A stretch of 64,000 nt of DNA from Squalus acanthias (GCA_030390025.1 CM059432.1:97652001-97716000); one strand, 5' to 3'. Counted from the first letter of the stretch, positions 48,560-63,624 are shown. Notes: a model not told the origin generated them from the sequence alone. Numbers and translations: made by a program.

Positions 48560-51540
48560 CTCCTTTGGATGAATGAACAGTTGGAGGAAGAGAAGCAGCA
48601 GCCTGAAGAACCTGAATAAGCATCAGCTAGGCCCATTAGAAGACAGCAAGTGAGGCGAGCTGCTCGAAGAACACCTTACTCAGCCCTAAAGGTCTACATG
48701 CCAAGAGTTAATTTCTTGGATATTTCTGAGCAACAGTGCATGAGGATCCTACGCATTACCAAGCAGGCTGTCGCTGACTTATGCAGCCTGTTGCAGCAAG
48801 GCCTGCTGCCTGCTAAACCAGGGGGCCATGCTTTGCCAATGGCTGTTAAAGTCACCACCGCCCATAACCTTTTTGCCTCAGGCTCCTTCCAGGCTGCTGC
48901 AGGGGACATCACCCACATCTCCTAGTCTGCAGTGCACAGCTGCATCAAATAGTTCACCAGTGCCTTTCCAGCCAGTGCGTAAACCAGTACATTCCCTTTG
49001 CAATGGATGGCAACAGCCAGAATGAGAGAGCTCAATCTGGCAATGCACAGAAGACTGGAGCTGGAGAAGGCGCAGCAACAAGAAGAGGCACCATTATATG
49101 AGGAAGAATTGAATGGCGAGGGGCAACCATAAGAAGGAGGGCAGCAGAACACATTGCAACTAAACAAGTCATAGGGGCCGTTGATCGAGCAGCTCATGCG
49201 GTGACCTCCTCAATCCTCTTACCTAAAAAAGTCCCATAGCATTAACAGTGCATGTTACCTCTTCACCACTCCCTTGATGTTGCATGAAAGAACATTGAAA
49301 CCATTCAGCCAACATCTATATTAATGAAATTCTGACAATGAAGACTAAGAAGCTGTAATGAAAAGAAACTATAGACCGAAGGTGCAAATGTAATAAAGGT
49401 GTTGATTTTAATTCCAAGCACAATGTTGCAGTGAATTCTTCTTTCACCCAAGTGATCAGCCCATACTACTTTTCTTAAAAGAAGGTTTACTAGCTCTACT
49501 ACTCTTACGAGGTGTCCACCTGGTGGCTTCAGCAGAACTGGTTGAAGGCTGCTGTTGCTCATGTGAAGACCATTAAGATGCTTGTGGCCGGTAACTTCTG
49601 GGAACTCGAACCTGTGAGGGCCCGGCTGCAGACTGCAGCACCTCGGCTACTGCTGGGGCAGTCGGGCCCAGCTGGCTTTCTAGCACCATGGTTGGTTTTG
49701 GTTGAGGGGCCAACAAGAGAGCAGACACACTGACATCCTGAGAGAGGGCAACACGTGCCATTCCCGCAATGCCATTGCCTCTACCATCGGGCTAAGGCTC
49801 AGCACTACCACTGATGTGTGGGAGAGGCAACACCAAGGCAGAGAACAGGTTTGAGTCCAAAGTCTGCATGGCACCATTTGAGCTTCCACCAAAGCTGCAA
49901 AGACATGTGAACACGATTTCCTGTTCTGTGGGCCTGGTTGCAGCGTCCCTGGAGATGGCCACATTCTCCATGGTAGACTGCTGACAACACACAGTCTGGA
50001 AGCGGATTCCTTTCACTCATGGTGGTTATGCTCCTTGGCAGGCGTTCCAATACCTGATATAATTGCTTGTATGAAGCAAGCAGTTTTCTTATTGCTGGGC
50101 CCCTCAAGTCAACATCTCTGTCATCCTCAGCAGAACTAGGAGAGGACCTCACCCTCCAATAAATTATGTCCTGGGATGTCCCTTGCACCAGTACCTGCTG
50201 CTGCTCACTAGTGCTGGGTGTTTCACCATGTGCAGACCCCCTAACTCACTCTCTAACCCAGCCTGTGCTAGTGATTGGGGCTGATGGAGCACATGAAGGT
50301 GCCTCCTCAGAAGGATTCTCCTCCTCTGCGGTGTGTTGTTCCGTGGGCTGTGGCTGTTGAGAAGGACTTAGAGGAATGAGAAAAGGGACAAGTGTTAGGA
50401 TGGCACTGAGAGGCTGGACAGTAGCAGATAACAGGCATCACAATGCAGCTCTATGTAGTCAAGCTGCATGATTGTCCGTTATTCAAAGATTCATGAAAGG
50501 GTACAAGTAATAAACAGAGACCTTCATCACAGAAGCTCCCAGCTTGTAAATCTCTTGCCTTGACAGCTCTGGAGAGGCCACCGATTTCCAGCTCCGACAG
50601 TACCATGAGGTTGGGTAGTCTTCGCCTGGCCTTACTCCTCTCTCTGGTGCTGTGAGCTGTCTTGTCCTACAGAGATAGAGTGAGGGCGAGATGCTGAGAG
50701 GGAGAAAAAACAAGAGGTAATCAGGATTGGGAGGTGTTGTACTGAAAACAGGTGTGTGGAGTGTGAAGTGAGAAGGAACCATGAGAGAAGTTGATGATTG
50801 TGCAAAGGCTAGCAAGTGAGAAGAGAATGGTGCTAGAGGCTGCTGTTGAGGGAGCAAGGAAGAGATGAGAGTGTGTTTGTAATGAGAATGAGAGGCAGTA
50901 TAGTGTGACCTTGTGCTGGGTGGACAAGGATGTGATGGCGGGAAAGGAATTGTTGAGATTGATAGGGGAGGGACAAAAGGACTCTTGCCATTTGTTCTTG
51001 ACATATATGGAGAAATGAAGAGCTTTCCTCACCTTTGCTACACTTAGAGGTTGCTGAAGCACTTCCTGCACTGGATCAGATCCTGGCAGTGATGCTTCTG
51101 GAGCTGGAGATCTCTCTCTATGCCTGGTACACTTGGTGTTTTGGTATCCTTCTGCCACTCGCTGCAAAGAGAACTCCCTCCTTGCACTGAACTCTTCCAG
51201 CAGGACCTCCAGGGAGGCATCAGAGAAATTGGGGCTTGTTTCCTCAACATCTCTGACGTTCCTTTCTTTGGGCAGCAACATTCATCCCCGAGGCCGAAGG
51301 CAATGCAATCTTGCTTTAAGAGTTGCATTGTTGCTTTAAATGGGCCTCTGGCTGACCCACTGGAAAATGCACTCCAGAAATGTGCAGGTTTCCTAGTGGG
51401 TCACTGAATCAAGTGGAAAACCTGCCTGTGTGATTCTCATGAGACCCAGGAGTCACAATACCCTGGGGTGGTTTTTTCGGGGCAGCAGTGAGTTTCAATC
51501 TCAGTCACCCAAAACCCTCCCAGAATTAAAATTGGGGAAT
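48560..51540. mobile_element. Degenerate Harbinger element (deleted transposase plus; Myb gene remnant minus)
   Basis: FLDISEQQCMRILRITKQ..AVKVTTA..FASGSFQ; NFSDASLEVLLEE..QCRKCFSNL. Confidence 0.7.
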
Positions 51541-52260
51541 TGAACTGCCCTTTGTTATTAAAAAAAACAAGAAAGAATACATTTGCAGTGTCTGAACTTG
51601 TTGAGTGCACAGAATATAGATTTACTTTACTGAACTGTACAGCAGGGTAGTTAAGAAATTTCTGAAGTCCAGATGTGTTAACATATCATCTTCAGAAAAA
51701 CGTTGGTTGACCCAATGCACCAAAGAAACAGGCACAGAATCCTGTCAGAATTCAGGGTTTACAGCCTCCGCTAATATAGAGCTAACTTCACCGGGGTGCT
51801 ACTTTTAGCGCCCCAAAAATGTTAGCGCCCCTGTGCCGTAAATTCAGTGGTAGCACCCCTACAGGAGGCGGGGCGCTACTGGAAGCACTACCCCTCCTTC
51901 TGGGAGAGCTACCAGTGAATTTTGCAGTGCTACACGCAACAGCGACATGCACATCGGCATGTAGCGCCGCATCATTACAGGCATCCCTCCCCTTTAGGCC
52001 CTGCTGGACCACCGGGGAGCGGGGTGCAGGGAAAACAGCCTGGACTCAAGAGGAGTGCCGGGCTGAGCGCGGCCGGCACCCCGAAGTAAAAAGGGGAAGG
52101 AGGCAGGTGCTGGCAGTCGGCCCAAAAAAAAGGCCACCCGACACCTGCCCTTTAACTTACACTGCCGCGGCTGCATAACGCCACCCTGATCCTGTCAGAC
52201 ATATTGTCCGGCGATAGGTCATGGGGCAGAACCGAAGTTTGCGGGTGTATCATATATAAT

Positions 52261-53018
52261 AGGCCAGAAATTCGGCTTTCCGGCTTCCTGCGGGTGCAAG
52301 CATTGCGCGCGTACTTGCCTACCGTGCCTGCCGTTGTACTTTGGGCCCACGAGGACTTCGGGTCCTGGGCCTCCTACAGCTGCCGGCTCGCAGTGCTTGT
52401 GTATCCCAGGGGCGCAGATAGTTCGGAGCGTCCCCTGGGATCACGTGGGCCATGGAGAGCCAATCCTAGCAGGGCATTTTCATTCATAGATTTGACAGGA
52501 AGACCTGTCAAATCTATGAATAACGATCGGCCCCAAAACCACACTTAAACTTCAAATATTTTTTTTTAAATCACATTTTTAAAATAACTATAAGTTAAAT
52601 AAATTAACTACTTTAAACAAAAATTTAAATTTTTTAAAAAATAATTATACTTTTAACGGTGCTAAAAATAAACTTACCTTTCTTTAAAGTATCTAAAAAA
52701 GATAAACCTGTTGAAATTTTTTTTAAATTGTAATTAATTAACCACTTACTTGTTAATAACAGGCCTTGCGCCTCCTTTTTAAAAGTGCAGCTTCTTCATA
52801 CTTACCTTCCCGGAGAAACCTGAAAAAAAACCTGAAGTTCGCTGCAAGCGCGCAGCCTCTCCCGCGCACGCGTTCGACTTCTGAACCCCTCCCTTCAGGG
52901 GAACGGAAGTTCCGGTTTCCCACGCATGCGAAGTGCATGCAGGAAACCGGCACTTCAGGTGGCCTTACGGGTGAGTACACAGTGCGTACTCACCCGACAA
53001 CAGCCGAATTTCTGGCCC
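52261..53018. mobile_element. Harbinger-type MITE (758 bp)
   Basis: Perfect 16-bp TIR GGCCAGAAATTCGGCT / AGCCGAATTTCTGGCC; 3-bp TSD AAT. Confidence 0.85.
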
Positions 53019-56000
53019 AATATATATTAAATACACTGGTATCCTACTATGTGCAATTGGAGCAGATGAACTGGAATGGGGCATCTTGCGGCATGCCCTG
53101 TTCATTAGACTTACAATAGCACGTTTAGGTTTTAACATTTTTTACCCGCAAAGTTGCTGGAAGTGCGAGCTGAAAACGATGCAGCGAGGGCAACAGGGCA
53201 TCTGGGACTTTGGTGAACAACAGGACAAATCTCCTTAACCAATGAGATTAAAGGATTGAGAAATAAACAGATGAAAGACTGAGAAGGAGGGTGAATTAAA
53301 GTGGGTGAATTCAATGGGTCAGATTTTGATGTCAAAAGAACGGTGATGCTAATGGCACTCACTGTTATTTGTGCGTAAATGGTACTGTAATTTCAGGCGA
53401 GGAGCAGATGTGTCGTTCAATGCGAATATCCAAAAGTTGCTGTTAGTGTTGCGCTGCTCCGCCGTTAGCTTCGAGAAAACGGCATTCCTCTGTCTGCCTC
53501 ACCAGTGACTTGCATTGAATATCATGAAGTTGCTGTATTTGCACGGTAGATATGAACTAAACCTGCCGCAGATATGTCGGGCTAGTAACTAGTAACGTAA
53601 GTACCCTTTTAACGATGTGATAATTGTTAATTACTGTCAATCAACCTCTCTGGCACTGAATATTAACTATTACAAATGTGAAGTCTCATTCCTTCAGGTT
53701 TTGAACTTTTTGGGGTGATTTTAAAAATGTCAAATTTGTTTTTTAAATTCTTACTTTTCCTTTCTGTCTCTTTTTCCTCTCTTTTAATTCAATCTTTCTT
53801 TTCCTTTCTTTATTTCTCTTTCTGTACCAGGTTTGATATTGAATTTACCCCCTTTAATTCACCCTCTTTCTGAGTCCTTCTGCTGTTTATTTCCCAATCC
53901 TTAAATCTGATTGTTTAAGGACTTGAGTGAATGATCCATGGAAATCAGATAAGTGGTTAGGAGGGTGGGGGTTGGGAGGGCATCACTGTTAGGGGGCGGG
54001 GAAGAGAACCCCCAGGCGAGGGGAGCCTGAGGTTTCCTTGTGGAGCCAGGAGGAGCATGATAAGGCAGAAGTGTAAAATAACTTACCTCACTGGACCTCT
54101 TCTGGCCCAGGTGTTAATATGTCCGTATGGGGAAGCCACAACGACTTTCCCCACGCAAACCTCAGGTTAAAATACAGTTGGGTCCTGATGACATCATTGG
54201 AACCAAATCTGCATATAAAAAGAAAGAGCCTGTGCCTTATGGTGGGTGTCCTGCTTGATTTCTCAAAAGACCAGGTTAAAATTGAAACCTGTCGGAAGTC
54301 AGAGGGATTAGTGGGGTAAGTCACTGTGGCTATTTTAACTGCCTGCCTGCCCAGTTTCCAATGGGTGGGCAGGGTTAAAATTGGCCCCAAAGAATGCTCC
54401 ATATCTTGAGATACCCACCAGTAGCATGGGTCAGTAGTTCTTTTCTACTGAAAATATGTACATGCCTTAATCAAACTGCAGAGATCATAGTGACATTGAA
54501 AGAGGTGCTGCAGACTTGTTAGTAGTTGCTGAATGCTTTATAGCATTTTTCACCTAAGGTGGCAGAACTCTAGTACTGTCTTCCTCTAATAGACTGCTTC
54601 ATCCAGAATCAATGACATAAGCCATCCATCACCACTACTTCACTGCCAGACCCTGTGGTCATGATCTACATGACATAGTTTATCATCTTACAGTGGTCTC
54701 AAAAGCCAAGGCAAGCAGCCAATGGTCATGGTTCTCCTTCACTCCAATGTACAATCATTTAAACACATCGAAGCTATCAGCATTGTAGAGTTATTCCTGA
54801 AACCCAAATGAAGATTATGACAAAACATTGCTACAATATGGGGAAAGAGACTGCAAAGCAAAAGACAAAATGCAGATAGGAGCAAAAATATTTCATACAA
54901 TTACATTTAATTCTACTTTATATGATCAATAATCTTCTTGATATCAATTATTGGAATAATTAAATATGCGTTAGGATTACATTAGGTGTTAAGAAAAAAA
55001 ACTTACTTTGATAAACTTACAAATAGGATGAAGAGTATCTGTCCGTCTGTCTCCCTGCGTCACTCTGTCTTCCTCGGTCTCTTCCTCTCTCTTTGGTTAA
55101 TATATTTTCAAAAGTTTAAACTCAATGGAAAGGAAAATCCGGCAGAGTGTATAACAGGTATTGATTATATAATGTTTGTGCAAGAAGTTACATTATTTAG
55201 AAATTAGAAAATTAGGAGCAACAAGGATTTAGAAGTAGATCAGAAATTTTGGCCGAATTATTATACACAAACGATTATGGACAAATAGAATAAGGAGGGC
55301 CATTGCTGCAAATTGTTCACAAGTTTAAGAGCCAACTGAATGTATTTCTAAAGAAATAGGTCATAAAAGCATGCTAAGATGATGGGAAATTTGGGTACTT
55401 CACATAGGGAGGGAATAAGTCAGAGGGCAGATTTCTGTGAGGCCCTAATGTGCATGTCTTAATGACCACAGGAGCAGCATTTTCAGAGTCAATGGAGCAG
55501 GTCATCTGCTCATTAGCTTCAACTGGGAATGGTACATTTCCCAGAATGACCGACAGAGAGAAAATGGTAAATTCAAAATAAAACAAAAACAATCACTAGT
55601 GATAAACATGGAACTGAAACTAGAAGGAAACATCCAGAGTAATGCAAAAGCTCCAGTCAGGTACAATTTTAATGTTGAGTTTGTTGTTGTGGACCACATT
55701 ATTGTAGCAACAGCAATATGCTTTCAGGTAAGGAGCCTACAGTGATCTTATTTGTAGTCACTCAAGGAGACAGGTACTGACTGTTCTGTGATGCCACTTT
55801 CTACAGTAATAAACCCAATAACACAAATCATGTCTTCTCTATTATTACTATGTTTCTCTTTTCATCAAGAATGCCAGGGGAATTCTTGTCACTTTATGTT
55901 CGTATTATGACGAAAAGACATATTTTCTTTGACTGGGAGAAGATTTCCTCTCTGTGCGATAAGTAACAAAATTATAAGCCCGATTACAAAGAATGCGTTT

Positions 56001-56859
56001 ACAATTTTACTACCCATGGCACAGAAAGAAAAGTTCCTGCATTATTATTAACAGTAATTAGCATTATCCATGGGTAACTTCATCTCTTCACTTGTATTTT
56101 CATGTTGATGGTTTATTTAACCACTGGTTTCTGCTAAACGTGACACTGTTGGAATATGTCCTTAGGTTTCATTTGCCTCTCACTGGTTATTCTCTTGTCA
56201 TTGGTAGAGTATTGCCAGCCAAAGCGCAACACAAAATGTATCATCATCCTGAAGATCACCCGTATGATCTGCTCTTTAGTATCCATCATGTAAATAATAT
56301 TTTTTACAAAATAATAATAGATTGTGTTGTTATATTACAGCATCATAAGACATAAATACAAATGAATTCCTATATGAAAATAATAAGAATTATTTCCTTC
56401 TACATTCGGTAGCATTTTATTTCATAGGGAATTTCCTCGGAGCTGCTCCCGCTCCGACGCCACAACTTCATCAGAATTGTGATGGAAACCCATTTTTATG
56501 CAGGTAAATAGGGGCGTTCCGTTGCACTTCTTGCTGAGTTCCGGCGGCAGAGCTGCAGCAGCTCTGAGGAAATACTCGGCCATAATCTTCCCCGATGTCA
56601 TTTTCCTAGCCAGGAGCAAGAAATCCATGTCACTTTCTTTAGTTTTCATTATTAACTTTTGTTTTTACTCACTTAGATTTTTGGCTTTGTACTTGTGCTA
56701 ATTATGTTTTGTAAATATTTTTGTTTTCTTTTAAATTGATAGAGCAAAGAATCAGGTTTACATTTATGCCACAATCCTCCAAATTATAACAATGTCTAAT
56801 GCATGTCATTGTCATATCTGTCACACACACAATCTGCTTCATTATTATTTAAGAGAAGT

Positions 56860-57230
56860 AACTGGCAAATGAATTTCAATACAGGTAAGTTTGGTAGGAA
56901 GAATAAGGAGGCCATATATTCTTGGTAGATCTGAGGGTACAGATACACAAACCACTAAAAGTAGCGACACAGATAAGGCCATAAAAAAGCAGACAAAGCA
57001 CTGGGGTTCATTTCTAGAGTTATAGAATTAAAAAGCAGCGAAGTTATGTTAAACTTGTACATAACCTTGGTTGGACCACACTTGGAATACTGTGCACAGT
57101 TCTGGTCTCCATATTATACAAAGGATATAGAGCGCCTGGAGAAGGTGCAAAAAGGATTTGCAAGAATGCACCAGAACTGAGAGGATAGACTTACCAGGAA
57201 AGGTTGAACAGGCTGGGGCTCTTTTCTCTA
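56860..57230 (+). mobile_element. Degraded CR1 fragment
   Basis: WQMNFN..ALGFISR..EVMLNLYITLVGPHLEYCAQFWSP. Confidence 0.75.
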
Positions 57231-58512
57231 AATGTCTGACCCCATTTTGTGGCAGGCGATTTTTCAGGCGTTCTGCTGGCCACTTAAAATAGATGTTAGG
57301 TCCCTTACATGTGTAATGAGGGGTGCTGCTCCTGGTTTAAGACCCCTCTGCTAAATTGGCCGGCACTGAGCAGAGCAGCCACCAGGCCGACTCCACTCAG
57401 GAATATTTAGCGGTTGCTGCAGCGACGAGGCTGCCGCCAATAAAAAAAGTGATGTTTAAAAAAAAGTTTAATAGAGTTTTTTTAAACACTTGGGGGCTTC
57501 TGCCAACCTGCAATCGGCCCCATCCCCTCCCGTTGTTCTCCCGCTCTCCCAGGGACTTACCCGAGGGCCGCTGCTGTGAGGCAAGTGACCCGAAATTCAT
57601 CCTCTTGAAGTGGGTGAGCTGCCTCTGAAGGTGCCAGAAGCTTACTCATATCATTGAAATAAGGCCAAGGCCCAATATTGGGTGGGCCTCAAGTCTCCGG
57701 TTTGGGATGCCTGCTGTCTGTACTCTATTGGCTAGGCTCCCAAAAATGGGCCATAACCAATTTCTACCCCTCCACACCTTCAGTGGATGTGGGTGAGGGC
57801 AGGCTACATATACAGCTCCAGGAAATTTGCATCTAATCAGTGCTTGAGTGTTAAACCTGCAGTTGTCGGCTTCAGCGCCTGCAGGCACATTTAAATCATG
57901 ATAACCATCAATTAGCCCGAAAATTACGTGCTAAATCCAGACTTTCAAACAGTCATTTCTTATTAGCACAGCACCCATTTAGCATCTGTTTTTATCCTTT
58001 CCCTAAAATAACCCCATATATCTCCAAAACAAAAAATTTCAGGGATTCAGTATTTTGATGAGCACACTTTAAAAAAAACTGAGGAACCGAGATGAAATTT
58101 TAAGGGCCATTGTATGTAGAGCAAAGGTACGATTGAAAAGAATAGGAGGGAATAGGAAACATCCCTATGTGATGGCAAACTCAGCTTTTAGGTGCATGCA
58201 GATTGTAGGAGGGAGGGAAAAGTAAGGAAGGTAAGGAATTCCACAGTTTTGAGTCTTAAGAAATGATTTGAAATTAGATAGGATTAAATGGATGCAGAGT
58301 AGGAAGAGCATGTGAAACGAAGGTTTAAACTTATGTAATGTTGTCTGCTGGATGCAACAGTCCAATATAAAATTAGTTTGGACAGTCTCAGTCCAGTTGC
58401 TAGTGAAAATAGGTCCACAGCACAACTTGGGCTATATAGCCTCCTGCTATGCTGTATGATTCTATGATTCTATGAATTGGGGAAGTCGCAGGATGGCTGG
58501 TTTGCATAACAC

Positions 58513-60309
58513 TGTAAGGTTTCCAAAATTTGCAGATCCCCAAAACCTAAGGAAAAAGGACTTTGGAACTACCTCAAAGTGATAGAAATGCATTTGGGCC
58601 TAACCTAAGGAATTTAAGACCAAAAACCAAGTTTTGGCATTTTAAAAACATGTCTGGGCCTGTAAAGGGACAAGGAGGTGGGACGACCTCTGTAAAAGCA
58701 GTTTGGCTATTGCAGTTAATTACACTGTCTGGGGAACCGTGATGACCTCACTCAAGCCCCAGCAGACATTAATATTTGAACAATAGACCCTGGGAGAAGA
58801 CAGTCCCACCCAAAATAACAGGCCCCATCAAACCGATTACAGGGCCCATCAGAAACATGCATAATAAAACCCACTCAGACCCATTCTGTAGAAAGACCGA
58901 GTCCAGCCTAGAAAACCAAACATGAAATCAATCACCAGTGATCAACTGAGGAGATCAACAGGATGCAAGCCATCCCAAAAGCCATTCGACACTTACAGAA
59001 CAGTTACTGGTAACTAGCCCGCCAAAATCAGACAAAGAACTGAGCAGATTTGGCGTGCAGATAAGGCCATGTTCAATGGGTGAGATTGAAGGCCTGTTAA
59101 AAAACCAGTTAACACGCTAGTAAGTCGTTACCGATTAACAAGCCCGCCAAAACCAGACAATGAACCGAGCAGATTTGGCGCGCAGATAAGGCCATGTTCA
59201 ATGGGTGAGATTGAAGGCCTGTTCAAAACCAGTTAACACACTAGTAAAGTCGTTACCGTTAACAAGCCCGCCAAAACCAGACAATGGACTGAGCAGATTT
59301 GGCGGGCAGATAAGGCCACTTCAATTTAGTATAATTGAAGGCCCGTTAAGCAGTTCGGGAGTGAAGGCAGGTCAAGAAAAGCGGGTCATCAGCATCACAC
59401 ACACAGTCGAGTGTGGAGACAAGGAGCAACATCACCGACCCAAGCCGAGCTGGAAGCGAGTCGGCATCGCTCACCACTCAGACACACCTGAGTCTAGCTT
59501 GTGAAGATACCACCTCGACGGACCTCCAACAACGGTCCCAACACAGTCACCCAGAGCAACAAGCAGCAACAAGTCACCGACGGCTCCATGAGGTCGACCG
59601 ACACACTAGACAAGGCCTAAAAACCATCGCGGAAACCAAAGGCCTCAAGAAACCAACAATCGCATATTACCCCCAACTGACTGGGTAATAGCAGGCCACC
59701 AACAAAAACCAACTCAAGGGAAGAAAAACCCGAAGAACCGCAAAGTTTCCACTCTACAATCTACTCCTGACTTACCCCTGGGTAAGATTTTCCCAAAGAC
59801 TCTAAACCCTACTGCTAACCAAAAGAAATTGGGTACTCACCAGATAAATCCAAACCGACATCCTACCGCATCAGCGGACTCGAGAAGACTCATCAGATAC
59901 GCAGGTGAAGTCCTCTACCGCGTACGGTGTACAGCAGACACTAACCGACATAAACAACGAACCCCAAAACCGTGATTTAGCCCAACTGTCAAAGGATTGG
60001 TGAGCATTATCCCTGGTCCTTCAAAGCCTAACTTAGCTAGTAAAGTGGGGTTGGGAGGGGTGAAGTATTGTTCTACTGTCATTTCCCTCGCTTGTACCGA
60101 AGTGTTCCCCACCTTTAGAGTGTTAAGAGTGTTATTATTTGTGTTTTACCTTTTAATAAAGATTGAAGTTCTTTCATCAAACTCAGTTGTCTGCTGCACC
60201 TTTTATCACAACCCCCAAATAAGTCCAAGGTCTAGAACCAAGGGAGTGGGAGCGATTCGAACCGCTCAGAAGTCAGAGGTGAAACTGACACAAACCACTA
60301 CCCCCTACA
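58513..60309 (+). mobile_element. Divergent solo-LTR-like element (subfamily D); left boundary uncertain (58513 or 58661)
   Basis: Ends CCCCCTACA; AATAAA 60155; shares the U5 motif AAGTCCA..TCTAGAACC..GAGCGATTCGAACCGCTC with LTRs A-C; no TSD resolved. Confidence 0.65.
59016..59320. repeat. About 125-bp tandem repeat (2.5 copies) within LTR D
   Basis: Units begin AGCCCGCCAAAA at 59016, 59141, 59265. Confidence 0.85.
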
Positions 60310-61284
60310 CCCAAAAATGTCACAGTAAGAGGTGCTCTTCTGTATTTGGATTTGAGGTATGTTGTTATAGCAAAGTAGAGGAAGCTTTATTCTGTATGGA
60401 ACTGACCTGTGAAAGCTTGATGCTGACACTGTGTTCCCAAAATGGAAAGGTATTTGCTACTTGTAAGTAATATCTTCACCTTGAGCACAACATTCACGAA
60501 AAAAGAGTTTAAAAAATCTTAAATTGGAGTTTTAATTAGTGTAACTGTACTGATAATACTGACATGCCAATGCAGCGGGTTCCATCTATTAGCACTGAAA
60601 TCATTTAAAGGATGATTTTCTGAATGCTGCTTTTGGTGTGAAGTTTACCTATTGGCAGTGCATGTTGGGAAATCTCAAGCATGTTTGCCACAATTTTCCT
60701 GATAGGTCTACACGTGTCTGTGGCAGGAGGGTGCAGTCAGTAAATTGGTCCACTGGTTTATAAATGTACTGAGTTTCAACAGGTCCGATGTTAGCCACCA
60801 GATTGGGCACTTCATCTTGGAGGACAAAAGATCTTTTAAAAATGCAGGGCCTTTCATGCATCAGTTGTTCCTCCAAAAAATGCATCTTCTGCCAACCTGG
60901 TCGCAGTGTATCACCGATGGTGAGCACCAAGATATCAGCAGCCAATAGCAACTCAGACTCTAGCTGAAGAAGGTGCAGCCATAATGGATGCAGCAGTTTA
61001 ACTGGAGGAAAAAGTGGGAATAAATGTACGTTTTAAACAAGGTTACAGAAATGATATTTTGTGGGGATACTTAAAGTCTAGTCGGTGGAGTTCCCCGATG
61101 TCACAGCTATTTCAGGTAGCGGGAAGCTGAGCCAGGCAGATCAGAAAGGTTGCAGATTTGAACTTCAGCTTGTTGTGTTTCACTGACTTTAGCTAGGCCT
61201 CAATAGGAGTACTAAAACTGACCAAGAGAAATCAGCCAGGGTTCCTGCTTCTGATTGCTACCTCTGCTGGAAATGCAGCTAAGG

Positions 61285-61984
61285 AAGATTGGGAAATTAG
61301 ATTAAAAGGTATGACAGTAGATAAGCAATGGCGAACATTTAAAGAAATATTTCATAATTCTCAACAAATACACATTCCACTGAGAAATAAAAACTCCACG
61401 GAAAATTGATCCATCCATGTCTAACTAAAGAGGTTAAGGATAGTAAAACATTAAAAAAAGAGGCTTAAAATGTTCCCAGGACAAGTAGCAAGCCTGAGGA
61501 TTGGGAGAGTTTTAGGAACCAGCAACATTGATAATGAGGATGAAAATAAAATATGAGAATAAATTAGCAAGAAATATACAAACAGATTGTAAGAACTTCT
61601 ACAAGAATGTAGAATGTAAAAAGGAAGAGAGCAGCGAAAGTAATCGTGGGTCACTTAGAGGCTGAGACAGGTGAAATTATTATGGGGAATAAGGAAATGG
61701 CAGAGACTTTAAACAAATATTTTGTATCTGTCTTCACAGTAGAAGACACAAAAAAATACCATAAATAGTGGGGAACCAAGGTCTAATGAGAGTGAAAAAT
61801 TTAAAGTAATTAATATTATTAAAGAAAAAGTGCTGGAGAAATTAATGGGACTAAGAGCTGACAAATTCCCTGGACCTGATGGTCTATATCCTAGGGTTCT
61901 AACAGGGCTGGTTGAAGAGATAGTGGATGCAGTGGTTGTGATCTTCCAAAATTCTCTAGATTCTAGAATGGTCCCAGTGGATTG
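61285..61984 (+). mobile_element. Degraded CR1 fragment interrupted by the LTR at 61985
   Basis: EIIMGNKEMAETLNKYFVSVFT, KFPGPDGLYPRVL, VIFQNSLDS. Confidence 0.8.
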
Positions 61985-63624
61985 TGTAAGGGGTTTTTGT
62001 CGTGCTTGTATCCCAGACGATGCTGGTGCGAGGTTAGGCCTTCGTTGCCTAATACTATTGCTTGCTCTGGTCTCCGGCCAGCCTTTTAGCAATAAGCACC
62101 TGTGAGTGGTTCGACCCACTCGCCCTTACGGTTCTAACACTGGACTTAGGTGCAGGAGCAGTAATGCAGAGAAAACTCAGATAGACCCGGTTGAATAGTA
62201 CGAAATGGAAATCTTTATTGCATAGCGTCCAAAATCATGAAGTACATGTCATAGGCGCAAATTAACGAGAGTACAAGTATACATACATTCATAAAGCTTG
62301 GTCTACGGTAATGAAGAACGCACGGCACATCGTAAAAAGGGGAACACATTATACTTTATCCTTAATAAAACCACCCTCCCTTATCAATACCTACACTACG
62401 TCTAGATTTGTAGGATCGGGAAACATGCTCACCACTCGTGATACTTCGGAGAATTTTAAAGTGAGGCACTCGGCTCGTCTCGCTGCAGCGCCTGACTGTC
62501 ACGTGTTTGGAGGGGTTCTGCACCCCACTTGTTTATCTTTGCTGCTGCGACAAGCAGGCCGGGCTCCCTGTTGTCATGAAGAACTCGACAGAACTCGGAC
62601 ACGGTTCAAAGAAGAGCCTTCCTGTGCCCGACACCGGTTGTCGGTAGAATTCAATGAAGAGTCTTTCTTGTATTTTCGGGCGCGGTCGGGGTTTACTGAC
62701 CGTGGCGGCACGTGGATTCTTCTTCTTTTCTTGTCATTTCATCTTGTCTTTTCGGGCCTTCGGGTCCAGACACCGTTTACCGACTCTCGGGATGGTGCAC
62801 CCGGTCACTTGCCCTTGTCGAGGCGGCTCGTTCCGTTTGAGCTCCACCCAACATTCGAATAACCGTCCAGTGCGGCTAAAAGTCAAGAGTCAACAGAGTC
62901 CAGCCCTAAGGAAGAGCTTCAGCAAGGGTTCGCCGAGAGATAAGAGAATAAGAGACGATTCGAGCGAATAAGCGTCGAAAATCAAGAGACCGATGGACAT
63001 TTGCTCACTATAGTTATAGTGCTGTGTTCCCTTATCTCCCGCTCAAATCTTAATGTTTGTCCTTTGTATAAAATTGGCGCTCAAAAACTCCCAGCATGGG
63101 GCGATTCTTTCCTTAACGGGTTTCGGTAGCACCTGAAACTGGCCAACTACCCGTTAATGTTTTCCCCATTGTTGACCCAGCCAGGATTGTATGAATCATC
63201 TCCCTGACTGGTTTTTGGTGGCCCCCGAATATTCGTTTAATCACCCGTCGATGTCTCTCTCATTGTAGAGCCGTGGGGGTATTTGTGTATTGATGTGTCT
63301 GGATGGGCCTTCGATTGCCCAGTACAATGGTCCTTACTTGTGCATGGAAAACGATTCCAGCACTTATATCTTTGCTATTGTTCCAAATGCAAACAGGTTG
63401 CATCCTGTCTTTATCAGTGTTTATCGAGTATGATAAATGTTTATTCGAACGCCATCTTGTCTGTCCACTGTATTTCTGGAAGCTTCTGCCACGATGCGCG
63501 GTGGCCATTTTTACAGGCTTCTGTGTCCTTTATAATCAGGACAGCATTTCGTTTAAATAAAACTGATCAAACGAATCTGCTTCTCTTAAGTTATTTCGAA
63601 TCGCGATAATTGCGAAACTCTACA
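61985..63624 (-). repeat. 3' LTR (subfamily B, 1640 bp) of a second provirus extending beyond the window
   Basis: Homologous to 12970-16701 without the CR1 insert; abuts the PPT. Confidence 0.92.
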
